From IMG/VR virus record IMGVR_UViG_2711768042_000009: a stretch of 23,314 nt of DNA; one strand, 5' to 3'. The notes under the pieces are model-generated. The model was not told the DNA's origin. It did no database searches and saw only the letters and a list, made by a program, of their open reading frames with translations. This document shows positions 8,568 to 17,281 of the stretch, piece by piece; the stretch's first letter is position 1; each line of letters starts with the position of its first letter. The position numbers and the translations under genes were made by a program. The stretch comes from a virus (taxonomy: Duplodnaviria; Heunggongvirae; Uroviricota; Caudoviricetes).

Positions 8568-8727
8568 CGCGCGCTCGCTAAGCTTTGTAACACATTGAGT
8601 CAAGTCACTTTTTAGACGCAAATGGCTTGCAAACTTTTTCAACATTAAGGTAATTTGTTAGATATTGATGGAAAAAATTAAGACAAGAGCGATTTTCAAT
8701 TGCTTTTGGGTTGACTAGGTGCATGTT

Positions 8728-9834
8728 ATGACAAGTGGTGTCCCAGTGGTGCTTTCTGACTTTGAGTTAAAGTCGATCTTAGCCTTAACTGAACGTTTTA
8801 CGTGGCATATCGCCAGACCAATTATTGCTTCTTTAGGGCTACCTACAGGTAGAGGGCGTGAAGCAACAAACGACAAAATACTAGAAAGCCTCATTGATTT
8901 TAAAAAGAAAGATAGGCAAAAATTTGACAAAATCATTGCAAGTGTAAATGATTTAGTCTTTGGGCAGGTTGTTTATGGTGAAAAAGCAATATTTAGTTTG
9001 TCTGTAGATAGTCAAGTAATTAAATTACTTGATGATAGATATGCTCTCCAATGGAATATGATGAAGCAACCAACATCATTAGTCGAAACGATTGTTGATG
9101 ATGTTCAATTACAGCATGCTATTAAAAATCAACTTGAGCTTGTTAATTACTCTAAGCAAAATACTCAGTCTATTTTGGTATTTTCATCTATCAGGGAGCT
9201 GGTTGTAAGAGAGAAAGTCCCTCCGTCAAAGTTAGCAGCATACAAACAGTTTGATGAAATCATTGCGAAGAGAAAAGAAAAACGTCAGTGTTTTGATGTG
9301 TGTATATTAGATTCAGCTTCAAATAAAATCCATGTATTAATTGATACTAATGGTAATGTTGTTGGTGATAATATCGTTTTTGCGAAAACGAATTTTATTC
9401 GTGAGTTATATAATTGCGCAGGTTATCAATTTAATTCATCGGAAAAGGATTTTTATCCATTAATTGAGCCAATTTTCAAGCAAAATGTAATGCCATATTC
9501 AAGTTTAAGTTATAAGGTGTTCGATTTGTCATTTTTAACTTATGAGGGAACCACTCATAAGGAAAAGAAAAATGTGGCTAAGAAAGACTTGCGTGATGAT
9601 CTGTTTAATAAAGAGGGCATTAAAGCTGTAGGTAATATTGGTTTATATCGTATTGGAATTAGAGTAGATAGGAATAATCCAAAATTGCAATTGGCGGATA
9701 GTGTAGAGCTTATCATTCCAGGAACATTACGCAGACATTTAGGTGGTAGTGGGTGCTCTCCTGTCAATTATGCTATATTAAGCAAATGTATATCCAAAGA
9801 TGATTTCGAAACCCTCACAAAGCTGATATTATAA
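8728..9834 (+). CDS. Cassette gene 1: large hypothetical protein (368 aa), no recognisable motif; candidate sensor/effector of an accessory system
   Basis: ATG 8728 (in-frame GTG at 8719) with RBS AGGTG. AT-rich: I counted 30% G+C in 9001-9060 versus 47% in a terminase sample, 12301-12360. No Walker A motif seen. Stop TAA 9832-9834 is immediately followed by the next gene's RBS. Confidence 0.8.
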   Translation: MTSGVPVVLSDFELKSILALTERFTWHIARPIIASLGLPTGRGREATNDKILESLIDFKKKDRQKFDKIIASVNDLVFGQVVYGEKAIFSLSVDSQVIKLLDDRYALQWNMMKQPTSLVETIVDDVQLQHAIKNQLELVNYSKQNTQSILVFSSIRELVVREKVPPSKLAAYKQFDEIIAKRKEKRQCFDVCILDSASNKIHVLIDTNGNVVGDNIVFAKTNFIRELYNCAGYQFNSSEKDFYPLIEPIFKQNVMPYSSLSYKVFDLSFLTYEGTTHKEKKNVAKKDLRDDLFNKEGIKAVGNIGLYRIGIRVDRNNPKLQLADSVELIIPGTLRRHLGGSGCSPVNYAILSKCISKDDFETLTKLIL

Positions 9835-9846
9835 TTGGAGTCAGCA

Positions 9847-10281
9847 ATGAAGGATGGTGATATGCCCCAGATCATCAAAGAAATATGTGCAGAGCGCCCT
9901 GATATAGGGGCGCTAGCTTGCTATTTGTATGATGAAATTGGTGTGAGAGCAAAGAAATCGCCTAATATAGCTCTGAGTTATAAAGATTTATTTAGTATCG
10001 TTAATGGTTATAAAGGATGTATACAACCTGAAGCATATGAGCAGGTTGTGTACCCAGCTATACAAATTCTTTGTAGTCCAAAGGTTGAGTTTTTAAAACT
10101 CAATTATTGGTTTATTGATGATTTTCATGATCCTATTGAGCTTGAGTTAGAAGATGTTATAGAGGCTGAAATTAATCAATCTTTAGTAAACCCATTTACA
10201 GGGGAGATTATGTATGACTATAAGTCCTTCGTCTTTCCTTTTTTTACATTAGATGAATCTAAATTAAAGGATATTGTCTGA
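9847..10281 (+). CDS. Cassette gene 2: small acidic hypothetical protein (144 aa)
   Basis: ATG 9847 preceded by GGAG at 9837-9840 (in-frame TTG at 9835); AT-rich; stop TGA overlaps the start of gene 3 (TGATG), indicating translational coupling. Confidence 0.75.
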   Translation: MKDGDMPQIIKEICAERPDIGALACYLYDEIGVRAKKSPNIALSYKDLFSIVNGYKGCIQPEAYEQVVYPAIQILCSPKVEFLKLNYWFIDDFHDPIELELEDVIEAEINQSLVNPFTGEIMYDYKSFVFPFFTLDESKLKDIV

Positions 10282-10946
10282 TGTTAAAAATGTCTGCACC
10301 AATGAGTTTAGCTGAAATTGATAATGATATTTTTCTTCAGCGTATCAATGCTTCTATTACTCGCGTTAGGTTTGCTCTCCAGTCGTATGAGAACTTCAAA
10401 CAGTTTGTAAGAATTGAGCTTGATTCTGCTGTACAGGCAATTGAGGAAAATTCAAATAAATTGAATTTTGATTTAACAGAAGATCAGCTTACTTTAATTT
10501 TACTGGCAAATATAAAAAATAAAGATATGGGAATTGAAGCATATCATGAAAATAATCAACGAGGTCATTGTGATATAACAATAAAGTTGAATAGATTTAC
10601 TTGGCATGGCGAGGCCAAAAAACACACTGGTTCATATAGTTATTTATTTAAAGGGTATGCACAACTCACTGAGCGATATAGCACTGGTACTGTAGACAGT
10701 GCAAGTGGTGGGTTAATTATATATACGCGTAATAAAAAATGTAATGAAATGATGACTAAGTGGAAGGCTCATTTAGATAAATCGGCTCCAAGAATTCATG
10801 CTTGTAAGTCTATCTCGATAACTCCTTGTAAGAGAAACCCATTGGTTTTTTACAGTCAACATACTCACACTGTTAGTCAACTTAATTATGAGGTTATACA
10901 CTACCCTGTAAACCTTTATCATGAGCCTGTAGACTCAGAGCTTTGA
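10281..10946 (+). CDS. Cassette gene 3: hypothetical protein with PD-(D/E)xK-like nuclease motif (221 aa)
   Basis: ATG 10281; contains ...GIEAYHENNQRGHCDITIKLNRFTWHGEAKKH..., which fits the E / hhD / ExK signature of restriction-endonuclease-fold nucleases (D and ExK 13 residues apart). Motif-level only. AT-rich, co-oriented with genes 1-2. Confidence 0.75.
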   Translation: MLKMSAPMSLAEIDNDIFLQRINASITRVRFALQSYENFKQFVRIELDSAVQAIEENSNKLNFDLTEDQLTLILLANIKNKDMGIEAYHENNQRGHCDITIKLNRFTWHGEAKKHTGSYSYLFKGYAQLTERYSTGTVDSASGGLIIYTRNKKCNEMMTKWKAHLDKSAPRIHACKSISITPCKRNPLVFYSQHTHTVSQLNYEVIHYPVNLYHEPVDSEL

Positions 10947-10981
10947 ATATGATTTTTGTTAGTTTTATAACTATATAATGT

Positions 10982-11005
10982 AAAAACCTGCATATGCAGG
11001 TTTTT
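10982..11005. terminator. Bidirectional rho-independent terminator (AAAAACCTGCATATGCAGGTTTTT)
   Basis: Perfect palindrome ACCTGCA-TA-TGCAGGT flanked by an A-run and a T-run, in the 63-bp gap between the convergent cassette gene 3 (+) and portal gene (-). Confidence 0.6.
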
Positions 11006-11009
11006 AAGA

Positions 11010-12047
11010 TTATTGAATATCTAAGTTATAATCCTCAAAATGTATTACATCCTCCTTTAACCAGTTGTTCAGCTCTAATAGGCTCTTTTGTAGTGGCCTC
11101 AATTCATTTCGCACAAAAACTCGACTCGCCTTCTCCACATCCCCAAAACCCCCAACATTATTCGGCATAATCCCCATCATTTGCGGCGGTACGCGGTGTG
11201 CTGCCATCATGTCATCGCGACTGACATTTTTGATATTCAGAAACTCATCCTTCGCCGCGACTTCTGACAGAGGAATGATCTGAAGCCCGTCCTTTTTGCC
11301 GTTAGGCGAGTACATAAACAGGTTGCGGAAGTTGCCTGGACCTTTGGCGCTTTTCATCGCGTTGCGGAGGTTGTTCACATCCTCCTGATTCTGCGCGGCG
11401 TCGGTCATGTACATGATGAAGCCTGCATGGCTGCCGTTGATGTAATACTTACGGCGGAACAGCGTGGCGGATTCGTTGAGCAGGGCGGATGGAATGGCAG
11501 AAAGATAGCCGGGCAAGCCGTAGATCTCCTGGTTGATGTCCGGTTCCATCAGATGAAAAATGCTGCCTTTCGTGAACTGATACGGCTGGGTTGTCATACC
11601 GTATTGCACAAACCAGTAGGTATCCAGGTCTAACCCGCGTCGGGTGTATTTTGCCAGCGCAGGCTCAAGGGCGATAACTTCACCGAAGCGGTTCGTGCGT
11701 TTCTCCAGGTAGGCGTTACCAAATACCAGGTAGTCCTGCACAAAACGTGAAAAAGCCTGCTGGCTGAGCAGCGGGTGAGGGATATAGGTACTGGTCAGAA
11801 TGTTGCACTTTACTGCAATCGGGGAACTGTGATGCACGGCAGCGCGGAAGGTGCGCGCCAGTCCGTCAAAGCTGACGGGCGGCTCATACCAACGGTCCAT
11901 CTGTACGCATTCCACATAGTCCAGTAATTCTCGGCGGTCCAGAACAGGAACGGGATCGCCGAAGCTGAATGCTTCGGCTGTAGTTTGACTTTTAAGCTGG
12001 ATCTGATTCGTCGCCGCAGCGCGGTTCTTCTTACTCTTTCCCATCAA
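11010..12047 (-). CDS. Q: Portal protein (P2 gpQ-like)
   Basis: 345 aa, size and position (downstream of and overlapping the terminase large subunit on the minus strand) match P2 Q (344 aa); sequence recognised as P2-family portal. Confidence 0.9.
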   Translation of the reverse strand: MMGKSKKNRAAATNQIQLKSQTTAEAFSFGDPVPVLDRRELLDYVECVQMDRWYEPPVSFDGLARTFRAAVHHSSPIAVKCNILTSTYIPHPLLSQQAFSRFVQDYLVFGNAYLEKRTNRFGEVIALEPALAKYTRRGLDLDTYWFVQYGMTTQPYQFTKGSIFHLMEPDINQEIYGLPGYLSAIPSALLNESATLFRRKYYINGSHAGFIMYMTDAAQNQEDVNNLRNAMKSAKGPGNFRNLFMYSPNGKKDGLQIIPLSEVAAKDEFLNIKNVSRDDMMAAHRVPPQMMGIMPNNVGGFGDVEKASRVFVRNELRPLQKSLLELNNWLKEDVIHFEDYNLDIQ

Positions 12048-13810
12048 AAAATCTCCACAATATTGCTGGCATTGGCGGATTCGCCCTGCAGCGGTTCGTT
12101 AAACAGTGCGTGCATCGTTGCCCAGGCCAGATCGGCGTGGCTGGCTTCTTCGCTGCGGCTGGCTTCATAGGTCGGGCGGTTGCCGCTGGCGGTGGTAGCG
12201 CGACGGATTGCCATAAATGATTGCGCAATGTCGGTGTGCCCGGCGTCAAACTCCAGACGGCGGTGGCTGATAATGTCGTAGGCCTTGAGCACCAGGGCGT
12301 TTTTAACGTTGGGGTTGTAGACAAACTCCCGGACGGCAGGAAAGAATGCTTTCACGTTCTCGTAAACCCCGTGACCAACGCCGGTTGAGTCGATACCGAT
12401 ATAAGTCACGTTGTACTGTTCGGTCAGTTTTTTGATGGCGTCAGCCTGAGCGCGGAAGTCCATCCCGCGCCACTGGTGACGCTCAAGAATGCGGAATTTA
12501 CCGCCCGGTACGGCTGGCGGTGCCACCACCACGCATCCGGCACTGTCGCCGTTCTGAGTACCTTTTGCGGGGTCATAACCGATCCATACTTCGCGCCAGC
12601 CAAACGGGCGCAGGGCCAGTGCATGAAAGTCGGTCCAGACTTCCCAACTGTCCACCATGCACGCCTGCAGTTCGCTGAGCGGGAACACGGACGCGAGATC
12701 GTCCACGAACTCACACATCAGCAGGTTCTGGTATTCGTCCGGGCTGTATTCCATGCGCAACTGGTCAAGGTCGAACAGGTTACAGCCGCCGCGCACCGCA
12801 TCTTCCACGGTGACTATCTGGCGGTATTGTCCGTCTGCGCACAGCAGGCCGGGGGCCAGATTGCTGTGGGACAGGTCGATGTCCACCTTATCGGCTTTGT
12901 TGCGCCCACGGTTGAACAGCGCACCGGACCAGAACGGATAAGCACTGTGTGTCAGGCTGGATGGCGTGGAAAAATAGGTCTGTCGCCATTTTTTGTGAAT
13001 AGCCATACCGGAAGCCACTTTGCGCAGCTCCTGGAATTTCGGTATCCAGAAATATTCATCCAGATACAGGTTGCCGTGATAACTCTGGGCCGTGCGGGCA
13101 TTGGTGCCGAGGAAGTAAAGCGTGGCCCCGTTAGGAAGCACCATCGGATCGCCTTTCAGCTCCACCTCCACTTCTTTAGCGAAGTCGATGATGTACTGCT
13201 TAAAGACGTGGGCCTGTGCCTTGCTGGCGGAAAGGAAAATCTGGTTACGTCCGGTAAGCAGAGCGTCAATCAGGGCTTCACGGGCAAAGTAAAAGGTCGC
13301 GCCGATCTGGCGTGACTTCAGCAGGTTGCGGATGCGGTTGGTTTTTCCGGCTTCCCACCAGTGGCGCTGGTAGTTGAACATGGAGGAATGGAAGATTTCT
13401 TCCAGCTTCTCAATCTGCTCATCGGTGAAAACATTCTTTTCCGGCTGACGGCGCGGGCCTTTGTTGCGGTTGGCGACGTTAGGGTTTAAGTCGGCTTCGT
13501 TGCCGCCATTGTTAAACTTGCCGATCCGCGCGTGGCGTTCCGACTGGCGCGCCAGCAGGTCAATCTCTTTGAAATCTTTCCCTTCTTTGTGCTCCTTCAT
13601 AATGAGCTGGCAGTAGCGTGCGGCGGTGGTGAGCTGCATCTGATCCAGCGGCCCATAGTCACCCCACTTGTCGCGTTTTTTCCAGCTGTGAACGGTTGCA
13701 ACTTTCTCGCCCAGCATTTCAGCAATGCGGGCTACGCGGTATCCCTGAAAGTACAGCAGCATGGCCTGCCGACGGGGATCGAGATCTGCGGGTGTCAGTG
13801 TGGTGTTCAT
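12044..13810 (-). CDS. P: Terminase large (ATPase) subunit (P2 gpP-like)
   Basis: 588 aa (P2 P is 590 aa); divergent from the O-N-M-L operon as in P2; stop overlaps Q start. Confidence 0.9.
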   Translation of the reverse strand: MNTTLTPADLDPRRQAMLLYFQGYRVARIAEMLGEKVATVHSWKKRDKWGDYGPLDQMQLTTAARYCQLIMKEHKEGKDFKEIDLLARQSERHARIGKFNNGGNEADLNPNVANRNKGPRRQPEKNVFTDEQIEKLEEIFHSSMFNYQRHWWEAGKTNRIRNLLKSRQIGATFYFAREALIDALLTGRNQIFLSASKAQAHVFKQYIIDFAKEVEVELKGDPMVLPNGATLYFLGTNARTAQSYHGNLYLDEYFWIPKFQELRKVASGMAIHKKWRQTYFSTPSSLTHSAYPFWSGALFNRGRNKADKVDIDLSHSNLAPGLLCADGQYRQIVTVEDAVRGGCNLFDLDQLRMEYSPDEYQNLLMCEFVDDLASVFPLSELQACMVDSWEVWTDFHALALRPFGWREVWIGYDPAKGTQNGDSAGCVVVAPPAVPGGKFRILERHQWRGMDFRAQADAIKKLTEQYNVTYIGIDSTGVGHGVYENVKAFFPAVREFVYNPNVKNALVLKAYDIISHRRLEFDAGHTDIAQSFMAIRRATTASGNRPTYEASRSEEASHADLAWATMHALFNEPLQGESANASNIVEIF

Positions 13811-13855
13811 GGAACAAACCTACAGCCTTGAATGAAGGCTTTCCCCGCCTGCGGT

Positions 13856-13873
13856 TTGTGTGGTTGTCGGTAC
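13856..13873. promoter_or_regulatory. Candidate late-promoter activator site (TGT-N12-ACA, Ogr/B-type) in the divergent P/O promoter region
   Basis: TGTGTGGTTGTCGGTACA lies about 80-95 bp upstream of the O start codon; P2-family late promoters carry a TGT-N12-ACA dyad centred near -55. Confidence 0.4.
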
Positions 13874-13952
13874 AAATACCGCGCATTGTTTCACTGCCCC
13901 TATCACCGCAACCATAAGGCTCCAGTAAGTTTTTTCTAACGGAGCACGGCTC

Positions 13953-14786
13953 ATGACAGTGAAAGCAAAGCGTTTTCGCATCGGGGTGGAAGGTGCCACC
14001 ACCGACGGACGCGAAATCCAGCGTGAATGGCTGGAACAGATGGCAGCCAGCTACAACCCGGCGGTGTATACCGCGCTGATTAACCTTGAGCACATCAAGT
14101 CTTATCTGCCGGACAGCACCTTTAACCGCTACGGCAAGGTGACGGCGCTGTTTGCTGAAGAAATCACGGAAGGTCCGCTGGCAGGCAAGATGGCGCTGTA
14201 TGCCGACGTTGAGCCAACGGAGTCCCTGGTGGAACTGGTGAAAAAAGGCCAGAAATTATTCACCTCTATGGAAGTCAGCCCGAAGTTTGCTGATACGGGC
14301 AAAGCCTACCTGGTCGGCCTGGCTGCCACTGATGACCCTGCCAGTCTGGGCACTGAAATGCTGACATTCAGCGCCAGTGCAGCCCATAACCCGCTGGCAA
14401 ACCGCAAGCAGAATCCCGCCAATCTTTTTACCGCTGCAGAGGAAACGGTGATCGAACTGGAAGAAATCCAGGATGACAAACCGTCCCTGTTTGCCCGTGT
14501 CACGGCGCTGTTCACCAAAAAAGAGCAGTCCGATGACGCCCGGTTCTCTGATGTGCATAAGGCCGTGGAACTGGTCGCCACTGAGCAGCAGAACCTGAGT
14601 GCGCGCACCGAAAAATCCCTGTCTGAGCAGGAAGAACGCCTGTCTGAGCTGGAGACTGCCCTGCAGGCACAGCAGACCGCCTTTAACGAACTGGTGGACA
14701 AGCTGAGCCATGAAGACAGCCGCCAGGACTACCGCCAGCGTGCAACAGGCGGTAACGCCCCCGCTGACACTCTGACCAATTGCTGA
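13953..14786 (+). CDS. O: Capsid scaffolding protein (P2 gpO-like)
   Basis: 277 aa (P2 O is 284 aa); first gene of the rightward head operon, RBS GGAG; acidic/coiled C-terminal half typical of scaffold proteins. Confidence 0.9.
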   Translation: MTVKAKRFRIGVEGATTDGREIQREWLEQMAASYNPAVYTALINLEHIKSYLPDSTFNRYGKVTALFAEEITEGPLAGKMALYADVEPTESLVELVKKGQKLFTSMEVSPKFADTGKAYLVGLAATDDPASLGTEMLTFSASAAHNPLANRKQNPANLFTAAEETVIELEEIQDDKPSLFARVTALFTKKEQSDDARFSDVHKAVELVATEQQNLSARTEKSLSEQEERLSELETALQAQQTAFNELVDKLSHEDSRQDYRQRATGGNAPADTLTNC

Positions 14787-14802
14787 TGGAGCACAAAACC
14801 TG

Positions 14803-15861
14803 ATGAAGAAGAATACCCGCTTTGCTTTTAACGCTTACCTGCAGCAACTGGCGCGTCTGAACGGTGTGGCAGTTGAAGAACTGTCCAGCAAGTTCACCGT
14901 AGAGCCGTCCGTGCAGCAGACATTGGAAGACCAGATCCAGCAGTCCGCCGCTTTCCTGACGCTGATTAACGTCACGCCAGTGACTGAGCAGTCCGGTCAG
15001 CTGCTGGGGTTGGGAGTTGGCAGCACCATTGCCGGAACCACTGATACCACCGCGAAAGAGCGTGAACCTGTCGATCCGACGCTGATGGTCGATGTGGAAT
15101 ATAAATGCGAGCAGACCAACTTTGACACGGTTCTGACCTACGCGAAGCTGGACCTGTGGGCGAAGTTTCAGGATTTTCAGGTGCGTATCCGTGACGCCAT
15201 CGTGAAACGTCAGGCACTGGACCGCATCATGATCGGCTTTAACGGCGTGAAGCGTGCGAAAACCTCCAACCGTAGCGAAAACCCGCTACTGCAGGATGTG
15301 AATAAAGGCTGGCTGCAGAAAATCCGTGAGGATGCACCGGATCACGTCATGGGCAGCACCACCACGGGCGGTGAAACCACACCGGGTGCGGTGAAAGTCG
15401 GGAAAGGTGGCGAATATGCCAACCTGGACGCCGTGGTGATGGATGCCGTCAATGAGCTTATCGACGTGGTCTACCAGGACGATGACGATCTGGTGGTGAT
15501 TTGCGGGCGTGAACTGCTGTCTGACAAGTATTTCCCGCTGGTTAACAAAGAGCAGGAAAACAGTGAAAAACTGGCTGCCGATATGATCATCAGTCAGAAA
15601 CGCATGGGGGGCCTGCAGGCCGTGCGTGCGCCGTTCTTCCCGCCGAATGCACTGCTGATCACCCGTCTGGATAACCTGTCCATCTACTGGCAGGAAGACA
15701 CCCGCCGCCGCTCAGTTATCGACAACCCGAAACGTGACCGGATTGAAAACTTTGAATCCGTTAACGAAGCCTATGTGGTTGAGGACTACCGCTGCGCCGC
15801 ACTGGTGGAAAACATCCAGATTGGCGACTTCAGCGCCGCCGCAGCAGAAGCCGGAGCGTAA
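14803..15861 (+). CDS. N: Major capsid protein (P2 gpN-like)
   Basis: 352 aa (P2 N is 357 aa), directly after the scaffold gene. Confidence 0.9.
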   Translation: MKKNTRFAFNAYLQQLARLNGVAVEELSSKFTVEPSVQQTLEDQIQQSAAFLTLINVTPVTEQSGQLLGLGVGSTIAGTTDTTAKEREPVDPTLMVDVEYKCEQTNFDTVLTYAKLDLWAKFQDFQVRIRDAIVKRQALDRIMIGFNGVKRAKTSNRSENPLLQDVNKGWLQKIREDAPDHVMGSTTTGGETTPGAVKVGKGGEYANLDAVVMDAVNELIDVVYQDDDDLVVICGRELLSDKYFPLVNKEQENSEKLAADMIISQKRMGGLQAVRAPFFPPNALLITRLDNLSIYWQEDTRRRSVIDNPKRDRIENFESVNEAYVVEDYRCAALVENIQIGDFSAAAAEAGA

Positions 15862-15864
15862 ACC

Positions 15865-16515
15865 ATGAGCCTGAGTCCCGCACGGCAGCATCGCCTGCGC
15901 GTTCAGGCTGAACAGGCCGCCCGTGAGGGCGGCAGTGTTCGCCACGCGTCGGGCTATGACCTGATGCTGCTGCAACTGGCGGAAGACCGCCGCCGTCTCA
16001 AGGGCGTTCAGTCCACGGTGAAAAAAGCGGAAATAAAGGTGGAGCTGCTGCCGAAATATGCCGCCTGGGCGGAGGGCGTCCTGGCTGCCGGAGGCGCTCA
16101 ACAGGATGACGTGCTGATGTACGTGATGCTGTGGCGCATTGATGCCGGAGATTATGCCGGGGCGCTGGAGATCGGGCGTCATGCCCTGCGTCATGGCTGG
16201 GTGATGCCGCTGGGTAACCGCAACGTGCAGACCGTGCTGGCAGAGGAAATGGCAGATGCAGCGCAGAGCGCAATGCTTGCCGCCACCGGCTTTGATGCCG
16301 ATCTGTTGCTGCAGACGCTGGAGCTGACAGACGGTCTGGATATGCCGGACCAGTCACGGGCGCGTCTGCATAAAGCGATTGGCGCTGTCCTGAGTGAAAG
16401 CAATCCGGCTTCCGCCCTTAATCATCTCAACCATGCGTTACAGCTCGATCCCCGCTGTGGCGTGAAAAAAGACAAACAGCAGCTGGAGCGCAGACTGCGC
16501 AATGACAGCCGCTGA
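15865..16515 (+). CDS. M: Terminase small (endonuclease) subunit (P2 gpM-like)
   Basis: 216 aa, Arg-rich N-terminus, position after N as in P2. Confidence 0.85.
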   Translation: MSLSPARQHRLRVQAEQAAREGGSVRHASGYDLMLLQLAEDRRRLKGVQSTVKKAEIKVELLPKYAAWAEGVLAAGGAQQDDVLMYVMLWRIDAGDYAGALEIGRHALRHGWVMPLGNRNVQTVLAEEMADAAQSAMLAATGFDADLLLQTLELTDGLDMPDQSRARLHKAIGAVLSESNPASALNHLNHALQLDPRCGVKKDKQQLERRLRNDSR

Positions 16516-16610
16516 CAGAACGTGCCCCCGCGCACGGGCGGCACGGGGTGGCGAAAGGCACTGCCACATCAAAACCCCGTCCACCGCCCTTTATTTCAGG
16601 AGAAAGCAGC

Positions 16611-17075
16611 ATGAAGTTTGTTGCGCCAGAACAGGCACCGGAACAGGCGGAAATCATCAGAAATACGCCGTTCTGGCCTGATGTGGACCTGTCGGAGTTT
16701 CGCTGTGTCATGCGCACTGACGGCACGGTGACGCAGCCGCGTTTAAAGCAGGTTGCGCTGTCGGCAATTTCGGAGGTCAACGCAGAGCTGTATGAGTTTC
16801 GCAGACGTCAGCAGATGCTGGGATATGCCTCGCTGGCAGAGGTTCCGGCGGAACAGTTGGACGGCAAAAGTGAGCGCATTCATCACTATTTCAACGCGGT
16901 TTACTGCTGGGCACGCGCCATGCTCAACGAGCGTTATCAGGACTATGACGCCACAGCATCCGGTGTGAAGCGGGGCGAGGAACTGGTAGAAGCCAGCGGT
17001 GATTTGTGGCGTGACGCCCGCTGGGCCATCAGCCGGGTGCAGGATGCGCCGCACTGCACAGTGGAGCTTATCTGA
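16611..17075 (+). CDS. L: Head completion/stabilisation protein (P2 gpL-like)
   Basis: Probable start ATG 16611 (MKFVAPEQ...) with RBS GGAGAAAG; 154 aa (P2 L is 169 aa); ORF open from 16548. Confidence 0.85.
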   Translation: MKFVAPEQAPEQAEIIRNTPFWPDVDLSEFRCVMRTDGTVTQPRLKQVALSAISEVNAELYEFRRRQQMLGYASLAEVPAEQLDGKSERIHHYFNAVYCWARAMLNERYQDYDATASGVKRGEELVEASGDLWRDARWAISRVQDAPHCTVELI

Positions 17076-17278
17076 TGAAAGTGCGTGCGCATCAGTATGA
17101 CACGGTGGACGCGCTTTGCTGGCGTCATTACGGGCGCACGCAGGGGGTCACGGAGCAGGTACTGAAGGCAAATCCGGGGCTTGCCGAATACGGCCCCTTT
17201 TTACCTCACGGGCTGCAGGTGGAGCTGCCGGACATACCGACAACCACCACCGTGCAGACCGTCCAGCTATGGGACTGA
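17075..17278 (+). CDS. X: Tail protein X (P2 gpX-like)
   Basis: 67 aa, the same length as P2 X; ATGA overlap with L stop. Confidence 0.8.
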   Translation: MKVRAHQYDTVDALCWRHYGRTQGVTEQVLKANPGLAEYGPFLPHGLQVELPDIPTTTTVQTVQLWD

Positions 17279-17281
17279 ATT

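Noticed and set aside
8719-10946. Assigning the cassette to a specific named defence system (e.g. PARIS, Septu, Gabija, Hachiman, retron, old/tin)
   Set aside because: No ABC-ATPase/Walker motifs, reverse-transcriptase motifs, helicase motifs, HNH or TOPRIM signatures were seen in the translations, so none of these well-known architectures fits; identity left open.
12476-13315. 279-aa ORF on the plus strand inside the terminase large subunit gene
   Set aside because: Antisense to the terminase gene P, whose length and position match P2; composition-driven open frame.
14256-14711. 151-aa and 131-aa minus-strand ORFs overlapping the scaffold gene O
   Set aside because: Antisense to a confidently assigned structural gene; low-complexity translation (Ser/Arg/Ala-rich) typical of out-of-frame reading.
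15712-16403. Several minus-strand ORFs (160, 119, 70 aa) across the N/M genes
   Set aside because: Antisense to capsid and small terminase genes; Pro/Arg/Ala-rich translations typical of out-of-frame reading of GC-rich DNA.
16516-16610. GC-rich inverted repeats between M and L (GTGGC...GCCAC, GGCGG...CCGCC followed by a T-rich tract) as a possible intra-operon terminator
   Set aside because: Stems are short and imperfect and the site lies inside a late operon that must be read through; at most an attenuator, not confident enough to annotate.
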